A DNA stretch of 64,000 bases from Candidatus Poribacteria bacterium (GCA_965208675.1 OZ242351.1:977130-1041129), one strand, 5' to 3'. Positions 39,313-49,839 are shown, counted from the stretch's first letter. A program made the numbers and translations. The notes: generated by a model not told the origin, from the sequence alone.

Positions 39313-40061
39313 CGGGGTGCCCCTTCAAAAATTGCCAGCGGGTCACGCTGTGCATTGATAAAACGGCTTACGAATTCGTTTTCGGGCGAGGAATACAGTT
39401 GCTCCAACGTTCCCTGTTGGACGATTCGCCCCTCACGCATGAGGATAATATCGCGACTGAAGAACCCGGCTTCACCTATATCGTGCGTTACCATCAGTAC
39501 CGTTTTGCCAAGTGTTTGGAAAATTTCGCTAAGATCGGCCTGCAGTGATGCACGAACCATAGGATCTAGCGCACCAAGCGGCTCATCCAGCAACAAGACG
39601 TCAGGATTTAACATTAACGCGCGCATTAGGCTAACACGTTGCTGCTGTCCACCGGAAAGTTCGACGGGGTATCGGCTCAAACCGTCTTCGGGAAAATGGG
39701 TTAGCGTGCAAAGTTCTTCCAACCGGGCATGAATTTTTTCTGCAGACAGTTTTAAATACTTTGCCATGAGCACAACATTCTGTGCAGCGGTTAGGTGCGG
39801 AAACAGGCCGCCATCTTGGATGACGTAACCCATACGGCGGCGCATTTCAAGAATGTTAGCGGGCGAAACGCGCTCACCGTTAAGCCGGACGTATCCACTT
39901 GTGGGTTCCAGCAAGCCGACAATCAACCTCAGAATCGTAGATTTACCGCAGCCGCTCGGTCCGATGAGTACGGTTGTCTGCCCCTCTTTGATGTTGAGGT
40001 CGGTCGGGTGGAGCGCAGCCACAGCTCCAAAATGCTTACTGATGTTTTTCAACTGAATCAT
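39309..40061 (-). CDS. quaternary-amine ABC transporter ATP-binding protein (OpuCA/ProV-like, no CBS tail)
   Basis: Walker A 'GPSGCGKST', signature 'LSGGQQQRV', Walker B 'LLLDEPLGALD'. 4-bp overlap with the downstream permease gene. Confidence 0.85.
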   Translation of the reverse strand: MIQLKNISKHFGAVAALHPTDLNIKEGQTTVLIGPSGCGKSTILRLIVGLLEPTSGYVRLNGERVSPANILEMRRRMGYVIQDGGLFPHLTAAQNVVLMAKYLKLSAEKIHARLEELCTLTHFPEDGLSRYPVELSGGQQQRVSLMRALMLNPDVLLLDEPLGALDPMVRASLQADLSEIFQTLGKTVLMVTHDIGEAGFFSRDIILMREGRIVQQGTLEQLYSSPENEFVSRFINAQRDPLAIFEGAPR

Positions 40062-41067
40062 GATGAATCCCTAAATGAACTTGTTTCTGAAGTATGGCGA
40101 TTGCGAACCAAGCATTTTTATCCAGCCATTGCGCGTGCATTTCCAGCCCGGCGGCGCGGCAAATGCCTGCAAAACTTTCGATTGTATATTTATGGCTATT
40201 CTCCGTATGGATGAACTCGTCGGCCTCAAAATGAAACACCTGATCGGGCGTCGCGATATACGCCGTCTGATGACGCCGGCTGATAAGACGCATCTCAATG
40301 CGGCTGTGTGCTTCAACAAATGGCGCGGCATGCTCAAAGTCATCAATGACAAAGGTACCTCCTAACTCGCGGTTAATCCGCGCCAACAAGTTCTTGTTGA
40401 ATGCGGCGGTTACGCCAGCGGCATCGTTGTAGGCGGCCTCAATGATGCCACGATCTTTCAACAGATCAAAACCGACTAACAGCCTATCTTCTCGATTCAT
40501 CTGATTAACGATTCGCTCCAAGAATGCAACCGCTTCCCCCGTGCCAAAATTCCCAATATTGCTCCCGAGAAACAGCATGAGTCGAGGGCCTTCATGGTGA
40601 GGCAAGATTGGGATGGCGTCGTTGTATTCTGCTGCAATGGCAGTAATCGACAATCGTTCGTACTCATTCAGAAGGGAAAATGAAGCCGCACGGAGGACAT
40701 CCGAGGAAATGTCAACAGAAGTATAGTGAAGATTCTTCTGACAATTGAGGGTCGCGTTGATTAAGAGGCGTGTTTTGACCGAACTCCCGCTGCCAAATTC
40801 TACTAGCGCCAAGTTTTGCCCCACCGTATCAATCATCTCGGAGCCATTGTCTTCCAGAATTTTCTGTTCAGTGCGTGTGAGGTAGTATTCCGGAAGCTTA
40901 CATATCTGCTCGAAAAGTTGGGAACCAGCCGCGTCGTAAAATAGGCGGCAAGGTAGGATTTTTTGCAGCTGCGAAAGCCCTTCAACAACCGCGTTCGTGA
41001 AATTCCTTTCCTCCTGATCTCTAGGCAGTTCAATAAAGTCGACTCCAGAGATCATATATTTTCTCAT
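40036..41067 (-). CDS. egtD: EgtD-family SAM-dependent amino-acid N(alpha)-trimethyltransferase (hercynine synthase-like, Methyltransf_33)
   Basis: Near-identical EgtD blocks: 'LFYDAAGSQLFEQICKLPEYYLTRTE', 'LVEFGSGSSVKTR', 'FLGSNIGN', 'YNDAAGVTAAFNKN', 'RIEM'. Confidence 0.8.
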   Translation of the reverse strand: MRKYMISGVDFIELPRDQEERNFTNAVVEGLSQLQKILPCRLFYDAAGSQLFEQICKLPEYYLTRTEQKILEDNGSEMIDTVGQNLALVEFGSGSSVKTRLLINATLNCQKNLHYTSVDISSDVLRAASFSLLNEYERLSITAIAAEYNDAIPILPHHEGPRLMLFLGSNIGNFGTGEAVAFLERIVNQMNREDRLLVGFDLLKDRGIIEAAYNDAAGVTAAFNKNLLARINRELGGTFVIDDFEHAAPFVEAHSRIEMRLISRRHQTAYIATPDQVFHFEADEFIHTENSHKYTIESFAGICRAAGLEMHAQWLDKNAWFAIAILQKQVHLGIHHDSVEKHQ

Positions 41068-41254
41068 ATACTATGCTCCGAAATCAGCGATGGCTGACCC
41101 AATTTTACACTCCCGGCAACCTCATGATACTCATGATAGATGGGTGAGGGTATTTACCTACGAGAATCGGCTGGAATTATGCAACTCACGACCCGTTAAG
41201 CCAAGCGCAGAACCGTCGCCACGAAATACAATCTCAATGGTGCAATCCGCTCAC

Positions 41255-41707
41255 TTACAAATCAAAAATTACCTGCGCAATCCAACTACCATCCGGCATT
41301 TGCTCAACACTCAACTGATGGTAAGTAACACTCTTGATCTCCGTATACACGACATGTTTATTGAAATTTACCGGCTCGCCGCGAGCGACCGCGGACAACG
41401 CTGGCGGCTGCTCTGAAATTGACCGAATATCGACTCGCCTGAAAAGCATCTCCTCAACTTCATGCCTAAAATTCAACTCATCCAACCACGCCACCATCAA
41501 ATCTTCGAGCGATCCCGCCGTTAACTCAATTTTGATTTGAGTCGCCTCATCAATAGTATTAGCGTCAGCAATACTCTCAAGAAGTCCGTGCGCCGCATGG
41601 GTGAAAAGTTGTTTCAGTGTCCTGCCGTACGCGCGAATGCCGAGATCGCCGGTATGATCTAAATAGGTATAGGTTTCAGTCAAATTTTCCTCATTGGCCG
41701 CACACAA
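41255..41707 (-). CDS. archease (RtcB ligase cofactor family)
   Basis: 'YTYLDHTGDLGIRAYG' archease N-terminal signature; 150 aa. Confidence 0.7.
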   Translation of the reverse strand: MCAANEENLTETYTYLDHTGDLGIRAYGRTLKQLFTHAAHGLLESIADANTIDEATQIKIELTAGSLEDLMVAWLDELNFRHEVEEMLFRRVDIRSISEQPPALSAVARGEPVNFNKHVVYTEIKSVTYHQLSVEQMPDGSWIAQVIFDL

Positions 41708-41998
41708 CTAGGTCTCAGTTTACCAGAAACTTTCTCATACATCAATGAAAAATTCAACCGCTACGCCGCCGCAATTTTGTGTCTTTCAATTCATGCGTTG
41801 ATGTGCTAAAATAGTAACGTCTTGTTGTTCAAACCCTGGCATTCGACCCAATCGGATGTGCGGCACGACCATTTTTTGGCTGCAGATTGAAAGTTTATCT
41901 TAGCCCCTCAGTTGACAATTCGGTAGGATGTGTCGTTTTAACCAAATCGCGGACCTATAACCCGTTGTAAAATCCTAACCAAGGAAGCGTGCGAAAAG

Positions 41999-42865
41999 AT
42001 GAAAAGATTAAACCGAGCGATTGAACTGCTTGAACAGGGACAACCAATTTATTACACCGGCGTTGGAGAGCCAACTTATTACGGAGGCATTAAAGCCTCC
42101 CAAACATGGGCAGACTATATCATCTTTGAAATGGAACACGAGATGTACAACATCCGGGCGTTGGATGAATTCATGCGCGGTCTTACGGCGGGCGGACCAA
42201 CCCGGAGTGGACATCGCACGCCGGCGGTGCTAGTCACGCTCCCGACCGACGGAATAGATGAAACCGTAATTCGTGCGAATGCTTGGATGATTAAGCAGGT
42301 GCTCGCAAGAGGCATCCATGGAATATTGCTTTGCCATGTAGAAACATCGGGCGCGGCGAAAGCATTCGTTGAATCGGTTCGCTACCCCTTCCATACGATA
42401 GGTGTCGGTGACGGGGTGAATACGGGGCGTCGAGGAAATGGCGGGCAGGGGAATGCGGCATCAATTTGGGGGATATCGGTCGAAGAATATTTTGAGAAAG
42501 CGGATGTCTGGCCTTTAAATCCGGATGGCGAAATAATGCTAGGTTTGAAGATTGAAAATCGCCGAGCGCTCACTCACGCAGAAGCTACCGTAGCCGTGTC
42601 CGGGATCGCCTTTGCCGAGTGGGGCCCAGGGGATATGGCGTTTTCGTTCGGTTACAGAGATCGCCCTTCGCCTTATCCGGAGGAATTGCAGCACGCTCGG
42701 ACGCGTGTTCTATCAGCTTGCAATTCTGCGAATGTCGCCTTCTTGGATGGCGTGACGCCAGAGAATGTAATTGATAAGATTGAAGAAGGCGTTCGCGTTT
42801 GCGCTGGAGGTGAGGAATCGGCGGAAGTTGGCCGTAAGCACACCAACCGCGAAATGCCTTGGTAG
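41999..42865 (+). CDS. HpcH/HpaI-family aldolase (2-keto-3-deoxy-acid aldolase-like)
   Basis: 288 aa. TIM-barrel aldolase pattern 'ADYIIFEMEH', 'LVTLPT', 'GILLCHVET'. Confidence 0.6.
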   Translation: MKRLNRAIELLEQGQPIYYTGVGEPTYYGGIKASQTWADYIIFEMEHEMYNIRALDEFMRGLTAGGPTRSGHRTPAVLVTLPTDGIDETVIRANAWMIKQVLARGIHGILLCHVETSGAAKAFVESVRYPFHTIGVGDGVNTGRRGNGGQGNAASIWGISVEEYFEKADVWPLNPDGEIMLGLKIENRRALTHAEATVAVSGIAFAEWGPGDMAFSFGYRDRPSPYPEELQHARTRVLSACNSANVAFLDGVTPENVIDKIEEGVRVCAGGEESAEVGRKHTNREMPW

Positions 42866-43021
42866 AAATGAAACGAGTACCATGAGGAAGTGAACCTTTC
42901 CGATGATTTCATTCGAAAACATCTTATTTTTCAGTTGTTTTACGCAATCGGTGCACTGTGTTGCGACGCGGATAAAATTTCTAATTGGATTACGCCCAGT
43001 TCTATCGTTTGACTTTGCATA

Positions 43022-46000
43022 ATGCGTACGCTAATTACGTTTTTTCTTACCGGTATTTTAAGTTTGTCTGGCATCCCCTATCCAAACCCATTTCATGCGC
43101 AGTCGGAAATGAAAGTTGATAACTCTCACCGTAAACATGGTGAGGTATCTGCCTCACAATTTCCTGTTAATTTACATTCTGCCTCCGAACAGGTCATCAG
43201 TTATGACGATGTCTACGGTATTGAGATAACACTGCCATTTAATGGAGATGTAGCAGTTAGCGCATTAGAAGGCAATCGAATCGTAATAAAACTCGATAAG
43301 CAAGCGATTGGGATTAATGAAGAGATAGTCCAAAGGTATCTTGATGCCGTCAAGCTGGGAATTTCTAGGGTAGAGGACACCGTGCAAATTACACCTCAAC
43401 TCCCGGACAGATTCGAAACCGAAGCGAAATTGACGCGCATTAACTGTCTAATCGAAGTTCCGCCCGACATCGCGGTAAAAATCAATACTTCGAACGGCAA
43501 CGTTCGTATTGGCGGACTCCGGGGCGTTTTGAACATCGCGGCAAATGTCGGCGATATTCAGTTCAGCGAGACAATGGGACAATACCAAGTGGCTTTAACC
43601 GAAGGACGCATTTACGGCCATATTTTTTTGACGAAGGGTAAAAACTCCTTTGAAACACAGTCAGGATCCATTGATCTCACCATCTTGGATTCAGTCGCAG
43701 CGCCAATGGATTTCACGGCAGTTAACGGCGGAATTCGACTACGCTTACCGCAAAATTTTCCGGCTGACGTGGAAATTAACAATGATAAACGCGATCGACG
43801 TACAATTTTCATTGAGGTGCCAGCAGAGATTGACCATTCCCTTACCGGTGATGTCCTGCATGGTGCGATCAACGGCGGCGGTCCGTTAATACGGTTGCAC
43901 GCTAGCGAACAGGTTGCGGTTTTAGCGCGTGAATCTCCGCTTCCAGATCGGACGGAGGCCGGTGAAGACAACCTACCTAGCAATGAATTAGCGCTTGACG
44001 ACAACGACAGCGCCACAGTTCCAATTGTGGCGCTGTCCAAAACTGAAGTCCCCCCAACAATTGACGGCAATCTGTTTGAGAAAACTTGGTCGAACGCTGA
44101 ATCACTGCACGGCTTTTACGAAGCGGATGGAATTCACTCGGCGCGGGATCCGACCCAAGTGTTTCTGATGTGCGACGAACAATTCTTTTACATCGGCGTG
44201 CGAGCTTACGACTCACAGATGGCGGAGGTGCGCGTTTCTCAAAGGACTAGAGACTCGGCAGTAGGGACTGACGACTCCATTGAAATACTTTTGGATCCGA
44301 ATCCACAGACACACCGTTACTATCACCTCATTGTTAATCCCATCGGGGCAATCCTCGATCAGATTGTGCAATCCGACTATCCCCCTGATGCTCGGATTTC
44401 ATCGACAGCGGGCGGGACGAATCGCACTGAGTTATCGTGGTCGAATGGAGTTGTCGATTTGCGTTGGGATGCGAATGCTAACATCAAGACCCAAATCTCT
44501 TCGACCTTTTGGAGTGTGGAAATTGCTCTACCCCTCGCTTCACTTGAATCCGCTGCATCGGACCAATGGAGACTAAATGTACTACGCAAAGTCCACCGCC
44601 ATGATGAGTGTAGTTATTGGTCGCCGACTTACGATGTAGACAGCCCTTGGTGGCCGCATTGGCGGGAACGGATGGGAATATTGAATCTAGTCTCAGCCCA
44701 ATCCTCTCAAAACACGGCAGAACACGAACTTGAAGAAAAGTTCGAGATTGCCGGAGTTGAGGTTCACGGAAACGCCGAGATTTCGACGCCCGAAATCCTG
44801 CATCTGCTCCCCTTTAAACGAGGCGATGTTGTCACTGCCAGCGAACTATCTTGGATGACGGCAGAACTTGAAATCCACGACTGGTTTCTTCAGGTACATC
44901 TGGAAACCTCAGATGCGCCTTCGGATGGTGATGAAACGCAACTCGATCCGCAAATCAATTTGGAGCCAATTGTTTTCGAAGTGGTAATTTCCATTCGTGT
45001 GACAGAGATGCCGACGCGGTATGTTCAATTAGTCAGCCTGCACAACAATGAATTTCTACAATCAAACGTGCTGCGCGCGTTATTTGGATTAAAAAACGGG
45101 CGCACTTCAATCGAAGAATTAGAAACTAAATGTCAATTAATCGCAACACTTTATAGAAATAGCGGCTACCAACTCGCATGGACCAATTACCGGTTTGTTG
45201 GAGACAATTTGCAAATTGACATTGATGAGGGACGTCTAGACGAGATTCGCTTCGTAGGAAACCGACGTATCCAAACCGACGTGCTGATTGATGAATTTGA
45301 ATTCAAACAGGGCGAAATTTATAACGAAACACGTTGCCAATCGCTTATTGATGAACTGGATGCAACGCTTAAAACTAACAGATCCTATGTGTCGGCGGTT
45401 AAACAATGGCAGGTGAAACACTATGAAGAGGCAAATGCGGTAAAGAATGTGCTGGAGATAGAAGTTGAAGAACGGACCATCGTCAATTGGGACTTGCTGC
45501 CGGTTGCAGATTTTAATCGTGTTCATGGGGTAATTCTGGGAGGGGGAGGCGAGGTTCAGACGAAGGACTATGGGGGTGGACGAGTCTTCGGAAATCTTAG
45601 TTACGGACTATCGAGCGAAACCTTGAATTTTCACTTAGGTGCAGAAAAACGCTGGTTTGACCGTCATACCATCCGTGCCGGCGGAAGGATTCACAAACTG
45701 ACGGAAACGATCCACGGCATGACGCTATCCGAAAGCGAAGAGCTACTCGCGGCATTAGTGGTTGGCGATGCTTACATGGATTATTACTTGCGGCGGGGTT
45801 ATCAGGCTTGGTTAAAGGGCGAATTGACGCCTTCCGCAAGCATAATGCTCAGATTTGACGACGAAAGACAGGAGATCCTTTTTACTTCGACGGATTGGAG
45901 TCTGTTCAATGGGAAAACACCCAAAAAAAGCAATCTCCGGATAAATGAAGGGCATCTCCGAAGTTTCTCGGCGTCTTTTGACTTCGATTCCCGCGATCAT

Positions 46001-46573
46001 AAGTCGCATCTCAGCCGCCATTTTCAACAGTATCCTACACCCAACACCCGAACTACCCGCGGTTGGCAGGGAAATTTTGCTTTTGAATACGCCGGAAAAC
46101 ACCTTCAAACTGACTTCGATTTCACCCTATATCGCTTTAATCTAACTCGCTACAATAAATTCTCAAAAAAACACTTTTTTGACTTCCGATTGGCAGGCGC
46201 CTTCTCAGATGCCCCGTTGCCGCGTCAGCGCCAATTCTATCTAGGCGGTCTTGGAACACTGCGCGGGTACGGCTTCAAGGAATTCGCCGGCGACAATATG
46301 CTGCTTTCGAATTTGGAATACCGCTACCGTCTGGCGCAGAGTAATCTCCTTGCTATTGCCGCGATGGCGTTCCTCGACACCGGATTCACCTGGCATTATC
46401 GTGAACGCATGATTCTGAATCGTTTCAACACATCGCTCGGCATTGGCTTGTCTCTCGGCTGGTTGAATTTGCCCGATACTGTTCAGATGGACACGGTTCG
46501 GATTGAGGTTGCACGTGCTATTCGTAAATCGCGAAACGTCAACTTCATTTTGCGCCTTTCACGGATGTACTGA
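43022..46573 (+). CDS. 1183-aa outer-membrane protein: signal peptide, DUF4097-like beta-helix (adhesin-like) repeats, CBM9/DOMON-like domain, Omp85/BamA-type C-terminal beta-barrel
   Basis: Signal peptide. Repeated 'IxVxxxNGxVxI' beta-helix rungs at aa 120-260. 'WSNAESLHGFYEADG...FFYIGVRAYD' CBM9-like block. C-terminal 'FYLGGLGTLRGYGF' Omp85 motif and terminal aromatic. Confidence 0.65.
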   Translation: MRTLITFFLTGILSLSGIPYPNPFHAQSEMKVDNSHRKHGEVSASQFPVNLHSASEQVISYDDVYGIEITLPFNGDVAVSALEGNRIVIKLDKQAIGINEEIVQRYLDAVKLGISRVEDTVQITPQLPDRFETEAKLTRINCLIEVPPDIAVKINTSNGNVRIGGLRGVLNIAANVGDIQFSETMGQYQVALTEGRIYGHIFLTKGKNSFETQSGSIDLTILDSVAAPMDFTAVNGGIRLRLPQNFPADVEINNDKRDRRTIFIEVPAEIDHSLTGDVLHGAINGGGPLIRLHASEQVAVLARESPLPDRTEAGEDNLPSNELALDDNDSATVPIVALSKTEVPPTIDGNLFEKTWSNAESLHGFYEADGIHSARDPTQVFLMCDEQFFYIGVRAYDSQMAEVRVSQRTRDSAVGTDDSIEILLDPNPQTHRYYHLIVNPIGAILDQIVQSDYPPDARISSTAGGTNRTELSWSNGVVDLRWDANANIKTQISSTFWSVEIALPLASLESAASDQWRLNVLRKVHRHDECSYWSPTYDVDSPWWPHWRERMGILNLVSAQSSQNTAEHELEEKFEIAGVEVHGNAEISTPEILHLLPFKRGDVVTASELSWMTAELEIHDWFLQVHLETSDAPSDGDETQLDPQINLEPIVFEVVISIRVTEMPTRYVQLVSLHNNEFLQSNVLRALFGLKNGRTSIEELETKCQLIATLYRNSGYQLAWTNYRFVGDNLQIDIDEGRLDEIRFVGNRRIQTDVLIDEFEFKQGEIYNETRCQSLIDELDATLKTNRSYVSAVKQWQVKHYEEANAVKNVLEIEVEERTIVNWDLLPVADFNRVHGVILGGGGEVQTKDYGGGRVFGNLSYGLSSETLNFHLGAEKRWFDRHTIRAGGRIHKLTETIHGMTLSESEELLAALVVGDAYMDYYLRRGYQAWLKGELTPSASIMLRFDDERQEILFTSTDWSLFNGKTPKKSNLRINEGHLRSFSASFDFDSRDHKSHLSRHFQQYPTPNTRTTRGWQGNFAFEYAGKHLQTDFDFTLYRFNLTRYNKFSKKHFFDFRLAGAFSDAPLPRQRQFYLGGLGTLRGYGFKEFAGDNMLLSNLEYRYRLAQSNLLAIAAMAFLDTGFTWHYRERMILNRFNTSLGIGLSLGWLNLPDTVQMDTVRIEVARAIRKSRNVNFILRLSRMY

Positions 46574-46764
46574 AGCTGGGCTATAGCAAATTGATTCCGT
46601 GATGATTGCTGGACTGAATATCTGTTGATTGCATTTATGCGCCCTGCGTATTGGTTAAATAGCCCGTTATGACTCATAATGAAACGATTTGAATAATACT
46701 TAACCCAATTCTCCCCACAAACAACCCTTCCCTTAACAAAGTGACACTTCTCTTTTATCAAATT

Positions 46765-46880
46765 GACACATTTGTGTCTTTTTGAGACACATTTGTTTAC
46801 AATCGCAGAACCTCGCATCTGGCAAGGATTTTCACGGTTGTAGTGTACCATTATTGCGATCGTGAGTAAACAAATGTGTC
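46765..46880. promoter_or_regulatory. array of GACACA/TGTGTC palindromic sites (candidate enhancer/UAS for a sigma-54 activator)
   Basis: GACACATTTGTGTC perfect palindrome at 46765-46778. GACACATTTGTTTAC at 46786-46800, with its exact reverse complement GTAAACAAATGTGTC at 46866-46880. The array lies 125-240 bp upstream of the sigma-54 promoter. Confidence 0.55.
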
Positions 46881-47003
46881 TTTTTCATACCAACATTCCG
46901 AACACAATTTTCCCCAAATGAAACTTTTTGAACTGTTCGAATTCCTTACTGCATCTGGCTTTCCAAGACAAAGCAAGGCTTAAATTCGGAGATTGGTATG
47001 GAC

Positions 47004-47020
47004 TTGGCACAGAATTTGCT
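47004..47020 (+). promoter_or_regulatory. sigma-54 (RpoN) -24/-12 promoter
   Basis: TGGCACagaatTTGCT: GG and GC elements at canonical 12-nt offset (47005-47019). Confidence 0.65.
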
Positions 47021-47251
47021 ATTTAACGACTGTCGAACAGTCTGATTGCGTCTAATCGAGGGACATCGGTTTTCCTAGCAAGGGTTTTCGTTGTCCCGTC
47101 TTATGTCTTAATGTCTCGGTGCCTGTATTGTTTTCGCAATCATAACCAAAGTAATCAGCCAACAAAACAGACTCTGAACAAGGCAGCATTGGGTATCGCT
47201 GCTCACGCGCCCCACCCAACATTTTACACTCTGGGAAGAGGAGGGTTTACA

Positions 47252-47437
47252 TTGACAACCCATAATGAAAGCCATAGAAAATCCACCACAGAAAATTCTG
47301 ACGAATTCAATGCGCTCATCGATGCCATCTCAGACTTGCGAAAAGCTATCGCTGCGTACCACAATGATTTCAAAAAGAGAAAAGTAGAACTGTTGGTTGA
47401 GATTGTGCGTCTTCGGGACCTTAATGCCGGACGATAG
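47252..47437 (+). CDS. small hypothetical protein (about 61 aa from TTG 47252; the annotated 108-aa ORF 47111..47437 probably over-extends)
   Basis: Strong RBS GGAAGAGGAGGG 7 nt before TTG 47252. No RBS before ATG 47111, which sits about 90 nt from the sigma-54 promoter. Confidence 0.35.
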   Translation: MTTHNESHRKSTTENSDEFNALIDAISDLRKAIAAYHNDFKKRKVELLVEIVRLRDLNAGR

Positions 47438-47611
47438 TGGAGAAGTCTGGTAGTGTCTGCGCGTGTCAATACCCCGGCGACGACGCAGCTTGTTAAATTT
47501 AATACGCCGTTCACACGCCTTTTCTCCACAAATGCGAAACCTGAAAAGACAATTGGACGAGCGCTGAAGCATTACCATAGCAGCACATCGCAAGGAGCAT
47601 ATAAACTAACT

Positions 47612-47839
47612 ATGAAAGAATTTCGCGCACGTTTTTGGCATCCTGCTCTCTTGATTTGTCATGTTGTCCTAATCTTCGTTGGATGCAGCGGGCACCATCC
47701 CACAGAATTTCGCCCTGCGGCGGAACACCATGAGGAGACCATTGACCTCTTCAGTGATGAAGAATGGGAGTCTGTGATAAGTTTGTCTCCCTTACCATAT
47801 GCCCCGCCGCCCGATCTTACAGATTGTGATACCAAATGA
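47612..47839 (+). CDS. small His-rich putative lipoprotein (about 75 aa)
   Basis: 'MKEFRARFWHPALLICHVVLIFVGCSG' contains a lipobox (FVGC), followed by 'HHPTEFRPAAEHHEE'. Confidence 0.4.
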   Translation: MKEFRARFWHPALLICHVVLIFVGCSGHHPTEFRPAAEHHEETIDLFSDEEWESVISLSPLPYAPPPDLTDCDTK

Positions 47840-48117
47840 ACAAGCGTGACCTTTGCCGCATCCTTTCGAATGGCTCCTAATAATTCCCGTTTGAGTTGCT
47901 CCAATGTTACTTGTTGGGTTTAGTGCTGAGTTAGATCAACGAAAACACCTGCGGCGATGGAATCTACCGATATTAAACTGCCGGTGAAAATTTTTGCGGC
48001 GAATGAAAATTGACAATTTGTGAAAAAATTGTGTTACACTGTAGCAAATTGTCGAGAAATTAAACATTCGCGTTTGCCCAACATTATCAGCCAAAGTTAT
48101 CGGCAGCAACAAATCAC

Positions 48118-49806
48118 GTGTATGATATTCTCGGCAGAATTTTAACCACTTGCTTCTACAGGGGAGAAATGAAGGACGAGAATAAGTCGCAGGCGGAACT
48201 AATTGACGAATTACAGGAGATGCGCAAGCGAGTCATACAACTAGAACGTGAACGAGCTCAATACAAACAGATGGCGCAAGCGGATCCCTACTATAACACG
48301 CCGGAGATGTTTGCATCCGTTGACACACAATCGGAGAGGGTACTGCACTGCAATGAGTCGCTCATCATGGCGTTGGGTTATACCGAATCGGAAATTGTCG
48401 GTTCGTCAATATTCAAGATGTATCATGCGGACTGCTTAGAAAACGCAAAGCGGGTGTTCGCTAATCTCATAAAAACCGGCGAAATCCGCGATACCGAACT
48501 GGTTTTGCGGAAAAAAGACGGCGGCATAATCGATGTAAGCTTGAGCGCTTCTACAGTCTGTGATGAAAGTGGGGACCCGCTTTACAGCCGTTGTTTCTGG
48601 ACGGACATCACGGAACATAAGGAGACAGAAAGAAAACTTCGCAGGAGTGACCTAAGTTTCCGTCAGCTTGCGGAGAGCATCCGCGAGGTGTTCTGGCTGA
48701 TGTCGCTGGATGGTGACGAGATTTTCTACCTGAGTCCCGGATATGAAGATGTATGGGGCAGGCCTAGTGAAGACCTCATCGCACATCCGATGTCGTGGGT
48801 AGAGCACATTCACCCGGAGGACCGAGAGCGCGTAGTCAGTAAATTTCAACGACGGACACAAGGGCACTTTACTGAACCCGGCACTGAATTTCGAATTAAC
48901 CGGCCTGATGGATCCGTCCGCTGGATTCTTGGGCGATCGTTTCCTGTCGAAGATGAGAACGGTAAGGTTTACCGCATGGCGGGTTTTGCACTGGATATTA
49001 CTGAACGCAAACATGCCGAAGAATTGTCTGCGATGCAGCAGCAGCAGCTAATTCAAGCGGATAGAATGACCTCGTTAGGGATTTTAACCGCTGGCGTAGC
49101 ACACGAGATTAACAACCCGAACAATTTTATCATACTCAACGGGGAAATGCTTGAGAAGGCGTGGAACGACGTTTTACCAATTCTAGAGACGTATTGCGAG
49201 GAACACGGTGATTTCACTTGTGCGGGCATGCCGTACGCTCAAGCGCGCGGGAGCATCAAAAATCTTACTGCGGGGATTATTCTTGGGGCGACTCGAATTC
49301 AGAAAATAGTGAACGTCCTTGGCGATTTTGTGCAACAAGATGAGGAGAATTTGAGTCAACTGGTGGACTGCAACGCTGTTGTTGGCTCTGCTATCGTCAT
49401 TGCGGAAAACCTGATTAAGATATCGACGAACAATTTCTCGACTGACTTGCAGCCAAATCTACCGAAAATTTCGGGAAACCGACAACAACTTGAACAGGTC
49501 CTAATTAACTTAATCTCCAATTCTTGCCAAGCGCTTTCTAATTCTAACAAGAGCGTAGTAATTTCAACTCGGCACAGTACCGATCAAGTAATGATTGAAG
49601 TTCGTGACGAAGGAGAAGGGATTCCGTCTGAAAATTTGCAACAGGTCATGGGAGCCTTATTCACCACAAAGCGTGAAACTGGCGGCACAGGTCTAGGGCT
49701 ATCCGTCTCTTACAATATAATCCAGAATCACGGCGGGGATATTACCTTCAACTCCGAAATCGGCAAGGGGACGGTAGCCACCGTAACGCTGCCAGCGGTC
49801 AATTGA
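48118..49806 (+). CDS. cytoplasmic PAS-domain sensor histidine kinase
   Basis: N-terminal coiled coil and two PAS-like blocks. H-box 'VAHEINNPNNFI'. HATPase 'GGTGLGLS'. No TM segments. Confidence 0.8.
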   Translation: MYDILGRILTTCFYRGEMKDENKSQAELIDELQEMRKRVIQLERERAQYKQMAQADPYYNTPEMFASVDTQSERVLHCNESLIMALGYTESEIVGSSIFKMYHADCLENAKRVFANLIKTGEIRDTELVLRKKDGGIIDVSLSASTVCDESGDPLYSRCFWTDITEHKETERKLRRSDLSFRQLAESIREVFWLMSLDGDEIFYLSPGYEDVWGRPSEDLIAHPMSWVEHIHPEDRERVVSKFQRRTQGHFTEPGTEFRINRPDGSVRWILGRSFPVEDENGKVYRMAGFALDITERKHAEELSAMQQQQLIQADRMTSLGILTAGVAHEINNPNNFIILNGEMLEKAWNDVLPILETYCEEHGDFTCAGMPYAQARGSIKNLTAGIILGATRIQKIVNVLGDFVQQDEENLSQLVDCNAVVGSAIVIAENLIKISTNNFSTDLQPNLPKISGNRQQLEQVLINLISNSCQALSNSNKSVVISTRHSTDQVMIEVRDEGEGIPSENLQQVMGALFTTKRETGGTGLGLSVSYNIIQNHGGDITFNSEIGKGTVATVTLPAVN

Positions 49807-49839
49807 TACTCGCCGCGTCTTCAATATGGAGGGAAATCC

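Noticed and set aside
47111-47437. The full 108-aa ORF as annotated by the ORF track.
   Set aside because: It has no RBS, it starts about 90 nt after the sigma-54 promoter with a Cys/Asn-rich low-complexity N-terminus, and a strong RBS precedes an in-frame TTG at 47252. The shorter product is preferred.
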